A stretch of DNA of 64,000 nt from Candidatus Bathyarchaeota archaeon B26-2. Its GTDB lineage: Archaea > Thermoproteota > Bathyarchaeia > Bathyarchaeales > B26-1. Below the pieces are notes generated by a model. The model searched no databases. It saw only the letters and a list, made by a program, of their open reading frames with translations, and had not been told where the DNA came from. The position numbers and the translations under genes are program-made. Within the stretch, counting starts at the first letter, position 1. Each line of letters starts with the position of its first letter. The stretch covers positions 21,602 to 85,601 of the forward strand of contig LUCE01000010.1 of assembly GCA_001593935.1 (NCBI GenBank). The letters run 5' to 3'. This document shows, piece after piece, positions 36,859 to 46,893 of the stretch.

Positions 36859-37488
36859 TTACACCTCGTATCGTAGGGCTTCAGCTGGGTTCAGCTTGGC
36901 TGCATAGTAGGCGGGGTATACGGCTGCTATTACGCTTAGCACGACCGCGGTCGCCATGGAAAGCCCGATGTAGTATAGGTACTGGAGTAGGGCTCCTTCG
37001 AATCCAAAGACTGCTGAAAAGCCCAGTTGGACACCGTAGACTATTACGGCGGCGAGCCATCCCACGACTGCGCCTATAACCCCGCCGAGGATGCCGAGGA
37101 GCAACGCCTCGATCAGGAATGTGCTTAGGATGCTGCCGTCTGTTGCTCCTAGGCACTTCATCGTCCCTATCTCTTTGTACCTCTCCGTCACAGCCATCAA
37201 CATGGAGTTTACGATTCCCACCCCGCAGACTAGAAGGGCGATCACGACCATCCAGTATTGGTAGGCCGGTGGAGCCTCACCTACGTTCTGGAGAATTGCT
37301 CCCATCGTTAATAGTACGCTCATGAACGCGATCCCTAGGAGGACTGAGAGGGCGGTGATCACAGCCCTTGTGAACCGTTTACTTATGCTCTCTAGAGAGA
37401 ACCTGAAGGCTTCTGAGATCGGAAATTTGATCGTTCCAATCTCAGCCCCTGCCGTTCCTTCACTGGCCTCAGACATTTTTAACCCCAA
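36859..37488 (-). CDS. Minimal FtsX-like ABC-transporter permease domain protein
   Basis: 209 aa, 4 TM, ERYKEIGTMKCLGA motif and C-terminal YPAYYAAKLNPAEALRYE typical of the FtsX/MacB-type permease domain. No large extracytoplasmic loop. Confidence 0.7.
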   Translation of the reverse strand: MGLKMSEASEGTAGAEIGTIKFPISEAFRFSLESISKRFTRAVITALSVLLGIAFMSVLLTMGAILQNVGEAPPAYQYWMVVIALLVCGVGIVNSMLMAVTERYKEIGTMKCLGATDGSILSTFLIEALLLGILGGVIGAVVGWLAAVIVYGVQLGFSAVFGFEGALLQYLYYIGLSMATAVVLSVIAAVYPAYYAAKLNPAEALRYEV

Positions 37489-37604
37489 CTAATATAATTG
37501 CCATCTATTTTTATGCTTTTCTATATCTTTAGGTGAGGGGGTTCTTGACTGAAGCGTCTCATTAAATGAGGGGGATTGTTAAGGGGACCTCTCTATCTCC
37601 CTTT

Positions 37605-39794
37605 TTAGGCCTCTAAGACCACAACTTCGTAGAAGTTTAGTCTTGGTATCTTGAACTCAACTCCGCCGTCGATCTTGTGGAACTCTAGACGGTCCTTACT
37701 TTCCCTTAGAGTGTAGACTTTTCTAGGCGAGATTAAGTATTCTCCAACCTTTATCTTGATGTTCTCGACGGGAAGCATATGGGATATAGGTCTCTTCATG
37801 TCGCCGCTGTTGTTAACGAGGTGGATTATCACCCTTTCTTTTGAGGCTCCTTGGCTGTAAACCTCCACTTGAACAGTTGGGGGTGCCTCCACATGCAGGG
37901 GCGTGGCCGTGTTCAGCCTCTTCACCGTCTGGTTTATGAGTGTTCCCATCTCTTCCATCTTGTAGTTGGCATAGAAGAGACCGATGAGCTGCGGGAAGTA
38001 TGCGGCTGATCCCCCGCCGAACTTACTCAGAACCAAGGCCGGATACTCCGACTCCTTGGTGAGGGGCATATAGACTCTTGGTATAGGCTCCATGAAGACC
38101 AGAGGGGTCTCCGCTTCTTCCACCGCCTTAATCTTGAGGCAGTACGGGCCTCTGGGAAGGAGTCTCCCCTCGGCGAAAGGCGGATAGTCCTCCACCACCT
38201 TCATGTAGTTCTCTCCGAGTAATGTTGGGAACGCGCCGACTCTATCCGCAACTCCCAAGACGTCGTCCAACGTCTTGGGGTTCCTCTTCCTTCCCCTCTC
38301 GTCGTATAAACCGGTCTCGAAAGACGCTACAACCTTTCCTCCATCCTTAACGAAGTTGGTGATTGCGTCCACTTGACGGTCGCTTAAACATGCTGAATTT
38401 GGGAGGATCAGAGTCTCATAGTGCTTTAGTCTATCAGGCCTCTCAAGGTCCCTATCCAAGATTACGTCGAAGGGAATGTGTCCTCTCCAGAGGGCGACGG
38501 AGAACCCTAGGAAGGATTCTCCCTTCGAGGCTTCACTCATCCTCTTCCTCACGCCCCAGTCGATGGCGACCTTACCCGTTCCCCTGTCCACGATGAGGTC
38601 TTGTTCTTTTCCGGTTCCCACGTCCCGGTAGAGCTCGGGGATGTCTGAGATGTAGAAAGTTGATGTCTGCATGGATGAGTGAACCGCGACTGTAGCCTCA
38701 GAGCGCACAGAAGTGTAATACTCCTCGTTCTCTTCTAGGAAGCCTTGAATCTCCTCGATGGGCTTCAAGCCTCCAGGGTCGCTCTCATAGGCTTTATTTA
38801 TGAATGCAATCCATGGGTTAGCTCCGCACGCCACTGTTTGAACTAGAGCGCGCTTTATCTCCCAAGGCGGCAGAAGGTTGTAATGCCAGAGCCCGTACAT
38901 ATAGTGAGTGAAGACTACTGCCGGCTTCCCTCCAGCGACTAGGTACTTCGCCATCAAGGCGGACTCATAGAGGTTATGTTCACCTCGGTGAACGTGGAAG
39001 AAGGCCTCAGCCCCGTTGAAGTCTTGGTAATTACCCACCTTCTGGATGTCTCTTGCGACCCTCCAGCTCGAGGCTTGCCATCCTCCAGAGTTAAGGAAGA
39101 TCACCCCTTTAGGGTTCACCTCCTTGAGGCTTCTCCGAGCATCTCTTAGGAACTCAGCCATCGAGTCCTCTCTGAACTCCAAGAAGTCCTTCCAAGACTC
39201 TTCAAGCCAGTTCTCCTTGGGTATAGGCTTGCCGTGAAGCTTTTCGAACTTCTCTTGGCAGTATTCACAGTAGCAACAGTCTGGGTAGACCACAGGCCCA
39301 TCCAAGAAGACGCCGTCAACCCCGCTCTTCATGGTCTCCCTTATGAGGTTGAAGGCCCACTCTCTCCAAGGCGAGTTCACACAGAAGGTTGTTCCGTTCC
39401 CGTATAGAGGGTGCAGCCGTCCATAACTCTCCCCGGATGATGTTCTCTGCTCCCAGTCGGGGTGCCTCTCAGCAAACTCGTAGGAGTACCAGTGCATATT
39501 TAGGTAGACCAAGAGTTTTATGCCGTACTTCTTGGCGTGAGGGAGATACTCTCTCAGCAAATCGAAGTCCTCAAACCCGGGATACCTCTCGAAGCCTTCG
39601 GCCGCAAAAGTCGTTAGGTGGCCCGTTCCAGGCGCAACCCCTGGAGTCCCTATAATCCATTCGCAGTTGACGTGCCACCTCTCCTTCTTCTCTTTAGCCC
39701 ATTGCTCCAGATCGACCTCCTTGAGCCTCTCAAACTCGCCCATGTAGTCCCACCGCATCATCCTAACGGGCTTCTCGAACCACTCCATCTCCAA
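37605..39794 (-). CDS. GHL6-like hypothetical glycoside hydrolase (paralog of 29201..31321)
   Basis: FCVNSPWREW...DGVFLDGP..PDCCYCEYCQEKFEKLHG. C-terminal LILPNSACLSDRQVDAITNFVKDGGKVVASFE. Confidence 0.65.
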   Translation of the reverse strand: MEMEWFEKPVRMMRWDYMGEFERLKEVDLEQWAKEKKERWHVNCEWIIGTPGVAPGTGHLTTFAAEGFERYPGFEDFDLLREYLPHAKKYGIKLLVYLNMHWYSYEFAERHPDWEQRTSSGESYGRLHPLYGNGTTFCVNSPWREWAFNLIRETMKSGVDGVFLDGPVVYPDCCYCEYCQEKFEKLHGKPIPKENWLEESWKDFLEFREDSMAEFLRDARRSLKEVNPKGVIFLNSGGWQASSWRVARDIQKVGNYQDFNGAEAFFHVHRGEHNLYESALMAKYLVAGGKPAVVFTHYMYGLWHYNLLPPWEIKRALVQTVACGANPWIAFINKAYESDPGGLKPIEEIQGFLEENEEYYTSVRSEATVAVHSSMQTSTFYISDIPELYRDVGTGKEQDLIVDRGTGKVAIDWGVRKRMSEASKGESFLGFSVALWRGHIPFDVILDRDLERPDRLKHYETLILPNSACLSDRQVDAITNFVKDGGKVVASFETGLYDERGRKRNPKTLDDVLGVADRVGAFPTLLGENYMKVVEDYPPFAEGRLLPRGPYCLKIKAVEEAETPLVFMEPIPRVYMPLTKESEYPALVLSKFGGGSAAYFPQLIGLFYANYKMEEMGTLINQTVKRLNTATPLHVEAPPTVQVEVYSQGASKERVIIHLVNNSGDMKRPISHMLPVENIKIKVGEYLISPRKVYTLRESKDRLEFHKIDGGVEFKIPRLNFYEVVVLEA

Positions 39795-39956
39795 CCGCTC
39801 CTTTCCTTCAAGTGTCCTTTAAGACAATTTAAGCCTTAATCTCTAATTCAGCGATGGCTCCCCATGTCTGTAAAGACAGCCTATGAAGCCTAGACCTTCC
39901 ACACATCCTTTAAATGGGCATGGAAACTAAAAAGAAGAGGACAAAAGAACCTTAAT

Positions 39957-41053
39957 GTGGGGTTAAAGATGATGAAACTCTGTTCCCTGATGCTCTCTCT
40001 GGTTCTGTTCTCAGCCGCCTTCGCCGTATCTATCTCGGCCGCCATCTCTGCAGCCTCAGCCCAGCCTGCCACAGAAAGGAACAACATACTAAGGAAAACT
40101 CTGGCAACTTACGATAATGAGCCGCGGGTGAATAGCCGAGTTGACATCTCTGCTATAATTAGTTCCCTTAAAGATGCGTCGGCCAACACATATAACTTCC
40201 TAATCTGGCATGAGCCCCAGACGGATTACGAGGACTTCGTGAGATTCTTGGAGGCCGCCCTTTCGGAGGACATCTACGTTTGGGTCGACATCACCCCTCA
40301 AGCGAGCCTCCTAACCCTCCGCCCCACGGAACTGATTACGTGGCTTGGGCCGTCGACTTCGCCGACCTATCTCTGAAGTATCCAAACTTTGTAGCCTTCA
40401 CGATAGACGACTTCGAAGGAAACCTCGACACCTTTACGCCCTCCTACGTAAAGGAGATGAGGGATGCCTACCGAGCTGTAAATCCGAACTTGGCTTTTAT
40501 ACCGACCGTCTATGGAGGTGAACAAGTGCCCAGTTTTCCGAGCTTCAGAGAGTTCGTTGAATCCTATGGGGAGTACATCGACGGCATACTTCTACCTTAC
40601 CGAGACCTAGACTCGCTTGAGAACCTCCCAACGATCTTGGAGGCCGCCAGAGAAGCCTTAGGCGAAGAGAAGATACTGATATCCTTCATCTACGCCGCGC
40701 CGACGAGCTGGCATAGGAACCCTCCGACGCTCGAGTACTTACAGAAGGCCATCTGGATATCATACTTATACGCTGACGGAGTTATGCTCTACTGCCTACC
40801 ACTCGTCCCAGCCCAACCAAATTACGAGGAGTACCTACTCGTTAAGAGGGTATACCCCGCACTCTCTAAGTGGCCTCAGATCGATAGGAGAGGCCTCATC
40901 GAGACTTTCAACCTCCTCTTTGAGGTTTACGAGGACCGGATCACAAGCCTCGAAGCCGAAAAGAATAGGCTTCGCTACGGCCTCTACGTCGCAGCTGCCT
41001 ACGGAGTCTTGATGACCGCGGCGGTGGTCTTGGAGAGGAGAAGAAGACGCTGA
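39957..41053 (+). pseudogene. Frameshifted gene for a secreted, C-terminally membrane-anchored TIM-barrel-like (GHL-like) protein
   Basis: ORF 39957..40376 carries the signal peptide MKLCSLMLSLVLFSAAFAVSISA. ORF 40280..41053 ends in a C-terminal TM plus RRRRR. They join as ...IYVWVDITP|SSEPPNPPPHGTDYVAW... if one base is added at the C4 run 40294-40297. Confidence 0.6.
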
Positions 41054-41167
41054 TTGGTAGAAGACATGGAGGCTCTCACAACAAATGATCGGCGGGTCTA
41101 GACTTAACCGGCTGAGCATAAGTGTAACCTCTGGTCTCGGTTGGGTTCGGAACCTCCGGCATCTGCT

Positions 41168-42115
41168 TTAGGCTATTCCGGCCAGCGTTACGAGGACGTA
41201 GGAGATTGCAGCGCCTATAACTGGAGCTAAGGTCCATCCCGTAACGATCTTTCTGGCTACACGTGTATTTAAGAGAACTATCCTCTTCGCTAGGCCTATC
41301 CCTAGAACCCCTCCTATGAGGGCTTGCGTGATCGATACTGGGAATCCGAACTGAGTGAATATATGGACCGTAAGGGCGCCGCTAAGCTGGGCTACGAGGG
41401 CTGTCGAAGGGCTTAGGCTGATTATGCTTCTGCCGACCGACTCGGTTATCCCCCGGCTTAGGAAGTATATGCCCAGCGCCGTTGCGGCGCCGAAGACAAG
41501 TGCGCTGATCTGTCTCTCTAAGATGGGTTGGTAGAGGCCGCTGACGAGGCCGACGGTGTTGGCTCCTAGGACGTAAGCCACATAGAAGGAGAGAATCAAT
41601 GTCATCTTGCCGTAGATGTAGTTGAGCGTCAGAATTCCCTTGACGGCGTGGGTTATCCGCGTCACAACCTTATAGATGAGGGTTGCTGCGAGGGCTGAAA
41701 AGAAGGGGGTTACAACCCAGAAGGTGAAGATGTTCAAGGAGAACCCCCAATTCACGCTCATCCCAGCGCCGATCCCAACTCCGATTGCTGATCCGACAAA
41801 ACCCTCTGAGAGCGAGAGGGGTAAGTGGAAGAATGTAGCGATGGCCATCAAGATCAGTATTGTTATCACTATCACTGAGAGTGACTCTTGACTCAAGGAG
41901 GCTTCGACGAGGACTCCCCCGGAGATCGCTCTTGAGAGTTTCGTTCCTTCGAGGATGACCCCTAACAGGACTCCTAAGACCGCTAGTCCCGCCGCTTCAG
42001 AATGTCTGACGAAGCCGGCTCCGACGCTCGTCCCGAAGCAGGCAGATGCGTTGTTGGCTCCTAGGATGAGGCAGACGAGGAACCCGAGTGATAGGAGTAG
42101 AACCTCGATGAACAT
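41168..42115 (-). CDS. Inorganic phosphate transporter, PiT (PHO4) family
   Basis: LGANNASACFGTSVGAG signature near the N-terminus. Polytopic, 315 aa. Confidence 0.85.
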   Translation of the reverse strand: MFIEVLLLSLGFLVCLILGANNASACFGTSVGAGFVRHSEAAGLAVLGVLLGVILEGTKLSRAISGGVLVEASLSQESLSVIVITILILMAIATFFHLPLSLSEGFVGSAIGVGIGAGMSVNWGFSLNIFTFWVVTPFFSALAATLIYKVVTRITHAVKGILTLNYIYGKMTLILSFYVAYVLGANTVGLVSGLYQPILERQISALVFGAATALGIYFLSRGITESVGRSIISLSPSTALVAQLSGALTVHIFTQFGFPVSITQALIGGVLGIGLAKRIVLLNTRVARKIVTGWTLAPVIGAAISYVLVTLAGIA

Positions 42116-42820
42116 CTAGGCTCTTGCCTTCGTCACTATTATGAGGAGGGTCTCTGAAGACCTCTCCGCGGCGTCGGCTATCTCGTCGAGCGTGAGGACG
42201 AGCTCCTTCAACTCAAGCAACGTTAGGATGTCCAACTCCGCCCTTCGAGAGTAGACGGTCTCGATGAGCCTCGACTTTATGTCGTCAGCCTCCTCTTCGA
42301 AGGCCTTAACCTCGATCGACTTCTTGATGACTTGTTCGACGTCTCTTTCCAGCTCTTTGACTGCTTCCCTCAAGGCCTTCACAGAACCCACAATCTTCTC
42401 TATGTAGAGGCTCAGGGAGGCCTCCGGCTCCTCACAGAGCATCTTGAGGGATGAAGAATCCAGTCTACTCCTCGCTATGATCTGGGAGGAGTCCTTCGAG
42501 AAGTCGGCTATGTCGTCTATGTTCTCGAAGAGCTTTATGAAGTCCTCGCGGAGGCCGGAGAAGAACGCTCCCTCGCAGAGGGCGATGAGGGACTGCAAGT
42601 ATATGTCGTCGGCAGAGGACTCGTAGATCGAGATCATCTCGATGTTCTCCTCGATGACGGCGGAGGTCCGGATTTTGGGGTTCTCCTCGATGAGTATCGA
42701 GATGAGGGATTTGAGGTTGTTCACGGCCTCTAGGACGGCCTCTAGATGCTCATCGAGTAGTTGGAGAACCCTCCTCTCCTTCCGCCCCATGATCTTGAAG
42801 GATGAACGGAAGAGTACCAC
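42116..42820 (-). CDS. DUF47/PhoU-like putative phosphate-transport regulator
   Basis: 234-aa helical protein that abuts the PiT gene with no spacer. This is the typical DUF47-PiT pairing. Confidence 0.7.
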   Translation of the reverse strand: MVLFRSSFKIMGRKERRVLQLLDEHLEAVLEAVNNLKSLISILIEENPKIRTSAVIEENIEMISIYESSADDIYLQSLIALCEGAFFSGLREDFIKLFENIDDIADFSKDSSQIIARSRLDSSSLKMLCEEPEASLSLYIEKIVGSVKALREAVKELERDVEQVIKKSIEVKAFEEEADDIKSRLIETVYSRRAELDILTLLELKELVLTLDEIADAAERSSETLLIIVTKARA

Positions 42821-42973
42821 AGAGACACACTTCCCTGCAGATTAGATGAGGATGAATTTATTTAAAGATTAATAGAACTCTTCATTTATGTATAATTACG
42901 GAAGAAGGTATATTACGTCAGAAAGGTCTCTATATTACACCTTTGACCATGAGGATATTTGGAGGTATCTTAA

Positions 42974-44467
42974 GTGAGCAGCAGCATCTACCGAGCTAGG
43001 TTGGGGAAGACTCCTAACAAGAAGACCCTCGAGTTTCTATCATCCGTAAAGGATGATTACAGGATATTTGAGGCAGATATAGAGGGGACGGAAGCCCACA
43101 ACATAATGTTATATGAACAGCGTGTTCTCTCCAGAGAGGACTTAACCAAGATACTGTCTTCTCTGGAGAAACTCAAGAGAGAATACAGATCTGGAAAGAT
43201 CGAGATTGAGCCCGAATACGAAGATGTTCACGAGTTCATCGAGGCCTACGTGGTTCGAGATGTAGGGATTGGAGTTGGGGGTAAACTCCATACGGGTAGG
43301 TCTAGAAACGACCAAGTTGCGCTTGATATTCGTATGGTCCTCCGCTGGGCGCTCATCGAGGTTGGGGAGAGAATCCTCCGCCTCGTCTCTTCGCTGCTGG
43401 ATAAGGCGGAGGAGCATAAGGGAACTATAATGCCCCTTTACACCCATACCCAACACGCTCAAGTGGGAACCCTAGCCCACTATCTTCTTGCCTACGTAGA
43501 CACGTTACTTCGGGACCTCCAGAGGTTGGACTCCTGTTATAGTAGAGTGAACCTAAGCCCTTTGGGAGCCGGACCTATAGGTGGGACAAGCATACCGGTC
43601 GACAGGAGACGAACGGCTTCTCTCTTGGGGTTCGATGGCTTAGTGGAGAACTCCATCGACGCTGTCAGCAGTAAGGACGTGGAGATAGAGGTTCTCAGCG
43701 CCCTAGCGAACTTGATGTCCAGCCTGAGTAGGATTGCTGAAGACCTAACCTTGTGGTCTAGCTCCGAGTTCGGCTTCATAGAGTTGGCTGACGAGTACTC
43801 CTCCACCTCCAGCATTATGCCCCAGAAGAAGAACCCTTGCACCCTCGAACTCGTCCGAGGGAAGACCGGCAGGGTCATCGGCGCCTTGAACGGTGTTCTG
43901 AACATCGTGAAAGGTTTGACCACAGGGTACAACCGTGACCTCCAAGAGGTGAAGCACCACCTCTGGACCGGCATAGACGCAGTGAACGATTCTCTAGAGA
44001 TCCTTGCTGGGGCGATTAAGAGCATGAAAGTTAATGAGGAGCGTATGAGGGCGAAGGTTGAGGAAGGATACACACTAGCCCTAGACTTGGCGGAATGTCT
44101 GACCGTTGAGTTAGGTCTCCCTTTCAGGGAGGCACATATGTTGGTCGGCAACCTCGTCCGCGAGATGGTTTCTTCCGGAACGAGAATCTCCCATCTGAAG
44201 CCGAGGACCATCGAGGAGCTCGCGGAGAAGGTTCTCAGTAGACAAGTCACTGTAGACGAAGACCTCATCAGGGGAATAGTCGACGTTGAACGATCCCTCC
44301 TGAGCCGCAGGTCTATTGGAAGCCCAAACCCAGCTGAGACTGAACGTATGCTGAAGGAGAGGTCTGCAGCGTTAAGGGCCTTCATGGAGGTCTGGCTTTT
44401 GAAGAAGAGGTCTCTGGAGAGAGCCCAGAACATGCTTAGAGAAACCGTTAAAAAATACTTGTCATAA
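42974..44467 (+). CDS. argH: Argininosuccinate lyase
   Basis: GKLHTGRSRNDQV and the fumarate-lyase signature SSIMPQKKNP. GTG start, 497 aa. Confidence 0.95.
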   Translation: MSSSIYRARLGKTPNKKTLEFLSSVKDDYRIFEADIEGTEAHNIMLYEQRVLSREDLTKILSSLEKLKREYRSGKIEIEPEYEDVHEFIEAYVVRDVGIGVGGKLHTGRSRNDQVALDIRMVLRWALIEVGERILRLVSSLLDKAEEHKGTIMPLYTHTQHAQVGTLAHYLLAYVDTLLRDLQRLDSCYSRVNLSPLGAGPIGGTSIPVDRRRTASLLGFDGLVENSIDAVSSKDVEIEVLSALANLMSSLSRIAEDLTLWSSSEFGFIELADEYSSTSSIMPQKKNPCTLELVRGKTGRVIGALNGVLNIVKGLTTGYNRDLQEVKHHLWTGIDAVNDSLEILAGAIKSMKVNEERMRAKVEEGYTLALDLAECLTVELGLPFREAHMLVGNLVREMVSSGTRISHLKPRTIEELAEKVLSRQVTVDEDLIRGIVDVERSLLSRRSIGSPNPAETERMLKERSAALRAFMEVWLLKKRSLERAQNMLRETVKKYLS

Positions 44468-44474
44468 GAGATGT

Positions 44475-44759
44475 TTGGAGATGAGGTTCACTTCTGAGGA
44501 GCGGCTGAAACTACGGCTCTTAGCTTTGGAGACCTTGAGGAACGCTGCAAGGTCCATGAGGGTGATCGAGATAGCCCGAACCCTAAAGATACCGCCAGCA
44601 GAAGTCTCACGCTACACAGCGACCGGAGACATCACCCCAAGTGTGAAGAGAAGCCTACAGATCCTCCGACTCTTCAAGAACTACGTCCCAGAAGAGATCG
44701 CCATCAAAAAAGAATGGATCAGCAAGGTATTAGAGGCTGTTGAAAGCAAAGACAGATGA
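44475..44759 (+). CDS. Small hypothetical protein with possible HTH
   Basis: 94 aa. MRVIEIARTLKIPPAEVSRY looks like an HTH. Supported by context only. Confidence 0.4.
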   Translation: MEMRFTSEERLKLRLLALETLRNAARSMRVIEIARTLKIPPAEVSRYTATGDITPSVKRSLQILRLFKNYVPEEIAIKKEWISKVLEAVESKDR

Positions 44760-44874
44760 CTTGACGATGGAATAAGTGGGAATAAGAGAGAGGCGCACTA
44801 GATTTATCCCGGGTGGAATGTGACGATTGCAAGTCAGCTCAAAACAGGTTTTTCCAAAAATAGCCTTCAATTTT

Positions 44875-44953
<79 letters not shown>

Positions 44954-45091
44954 TCTCTAGACGTTTTTGCGCAGTCTAAGTTAAGGGTTTTGCTTGGAGC
45001 CTCCCCCTTCGCTCTAGCCGCGGCTTCAGCTTCTTCTAGTCTCAGCCTCTTAGATTGTATGAAAACACTTTAATCTCCGACTTGCATATTA

Positions 45092-45490
45092 GTGCTGAGA
45101 CTGTTGAGAAGGGCGTTGAGAGGTATGGGTGAAGAGGTCAGGCTTCCTCCAGCGGTTCAGGAGAGGCTGTTGAGGCTTCAGCAGCTCCAACAGACCTTAC
45201 AGTCTATCTTGGTTCAGAAACAGCAGCTCGAACTTGAGCTCCTAGAGATCGATCGGGCGTTGAGCGAGCTTGAGAAGGTTACAGACGACGCTGTCATCTA
45301 TAAGTCGGTCGGCTCGCTCCTTGTAAGGTCGGAGAGGAACAAGGTTACAGACGACTTGAAGGAGAGGAAAGAACTCGCCAATATGAGGGTCTCGGTCTTG
45401 GGTAGGCAGGAGGAACGTTTAAGGAGCCAGATAAAGGAGCTGCAAGAGAAGCTCCAAAGAGACCTCAGGCCGCTCTCACCCCCAACCTAG
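45092..45490 (+). CDS. pfdB: Prefoldin beta subunit
   Basis: Coiled-coil / beta-hairpin / coiled-coil pattern: LQQLQQTLQSI...LELELLEIDRALSELEK....VYKSVGSLLV....L.ERKE. The likely start is ATG 45125. Confidence 0.85.
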   Translation: MLRLLRRALRGMGEEVRLPPAVQERLLRLQQLQQTLQSILVQKQQLELELLEIDRALSELEKVTDDAVIYKSVGSLLVRSERNKVTDDLKERKELANMRVSVLGRQEERLRSQIKELQEKLQRDLRPLSPPT

Positions 45491-45505
45491 GAGAGGCTCG
45501 GAGGG

Positions 45506-45802
45506 TTGGGGAGGCCAAGTGTTCCGGTCTCCTCGATGACATACGAGGCAATCGAGGAGCTCTGCGAGAGGGCCGAAGAGGCTGCGAGAAGATACATCTT
45601 AGCAAGGGTTCCACGTCGCAGTATAACCGACTTAACGATAACCGTCGACGCCGAGGAGACTGAAGACGGAGATTTAAACGTCAACGTAGATGTCGAGGTC
45701 AAACTCTCACCGACCATGCGGAACTTCGACGTTGAGGGATTAGTGAACGAAGCTGTCGAAGCCTCCTTCAAGGCGGTTGAGGACTACTTAGGGAAGACCT
45801 AG
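45506..45802 (+). CDS. Small acidic archaeal protein (DUF3194-like?), unknown function
   Basis: 98-aa ORF following prefoldin beta. The likely ATG is at 45536 (MTYEAIEEL...). The family assignment comes from memory of the typical neighbourhood only. Confidence 0.45.
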   Translation: MGRPSVPVSSMTYEAIEELCERAEEAARRYILARVPRRSITDLTITVDAEETEDGDLNVNVDVEVKLSPTMRNFDVEGLVNEAVEASFKAVEDYLGKT

Positions 45803-45823
45803 GAGAAAAAGGGAGAAGACGAG

Positions 45824-46813
45824 ATGGATATCCATAAGGTACTCTCGGTGATCGATGGAGTCAGAGCTGAACACGTTCTAATCCTCTGCCACCATAATGC
45901 GGATCCCGACGCAGTATGCTCCGCATACGCATTCAAGGGTCTACTAAGACGGTTAAGACCCAAGATACAGGCGGATGTCAGGGCGCCCGGCCTCAGCAGG
46001 CTATCGAAGGCCCTCCTAGAATCCTTGTCCATAGACATCTCGGTCGATCAACCTCGATTCGAGGACGTCGATGTCATAGTGATGGTGGATACGAACACGA
46101 TCAAGCAGCTGGGCCCTTGGGGAGACAAGGTTACGGGTTCAGGAGCGCCTCTCATCTTTATAGACCACCACGCAAGTCACCCCGAGACCGAGAAGCTTGC
46201 AGAAGCCTACATCTCCGACGAAGAGGCGTCCTCGACATGCGAGATCGTCTACGGCTTCTACAGGGAACTCGGTTTGAGGCCGGCATCAGACGAGGCTAAG
46301 GCTCTATTCCTCGGGATATCCTTCGACACGAAACACTTCATACTCGCCACCTCTAGGACCTTCAGGGTTGCAGCCGACCTCGTCGAGGGTGGAGTCGACG
46401 CTCAAGAAGCCTTATCGCTCCTAGCCCTCCCCATGGACCCCTCGGAGCGCATAGCACGCCTAAAGGCATGCCAACGCTTAAGGCTTCTAAGACTAGGCGA
46501 GTGGATAGTAGCCCTCACTCACATCGGAGCCTATCAAGCCTCGGCTGCTAGAGCCTTGATCGACATGGGGGCACACCTCACCGTCGTCGCGGGGGAGAAG
46601 GACGGCGAGGTGCAGGTAAGTCTCAGGTCGAGCCGAGAATTCTACGAGAAGACAGGGATACACCTAGGACGAGATGTAGCCAAACCCTTAGGCGAGCGGC
46701 TACGCGGCATGGGGGGCGGACACTCAACCTCAGCTGGAGTCAACGGTTTCGGAACCATCGAAGAGGCCCTTAAAGAGGCTGAAAGAGTTCTGAAGGAGAA
46801 ACTCGTAGCCTAG
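45824..46813 (+). CDS. DHH-family phosphoesterase (NrnA-like, DHH + DHHA1)
   Basis: ILCHHNADPDAVCSAYA, VMVDTN, FIDHHASH and GGGHSTSAG motifs. Confidence 0.85.
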   Translation: MDIHKVLSVIDGVRAEHVLILCHHNADPDAVCSAYAFKGLLRRLRPKIQADVRAPGLSRLSKALLESLSIDISVDQPRFEDVDVIVMVDTNTIKQLGPWGDKVTGSGAPLIFIDHHASHPETEKLAEAYISDEEASSTCEIVYGFYRELGLRPASDEAKALFLGISFDTKHFILATSRTFRVAADLVEGGVDAQEALSLLALPMDPSERIARLKACQRLRLLRLGEWIVALTHIGAYQASAARALIDMGAHLTVVAGEKDGEVQVSLRSSREFYEKTGIHLGRDVAKPLGERLRGMGGGHSTSAGVNGFGTIEEALKEAERVLKEKLVA

Positions 46814-46893
46814 CTCATTACTCCCGAAACTTCTTTAGGTGCCTCGGAGCCTCCGAACGATAATCCTATAAGGGCTTCTCCTTAACGGTTAAC

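Noticed and set aside
43537-44433. 298-aa ORF antisense to argH
   Set aside because: It is fully contained within, and antisense to, a high-confidence argH gene. Its Ser/Arg/Leu/Pro-rich low-complexity translation is typical of a shadow ORF.
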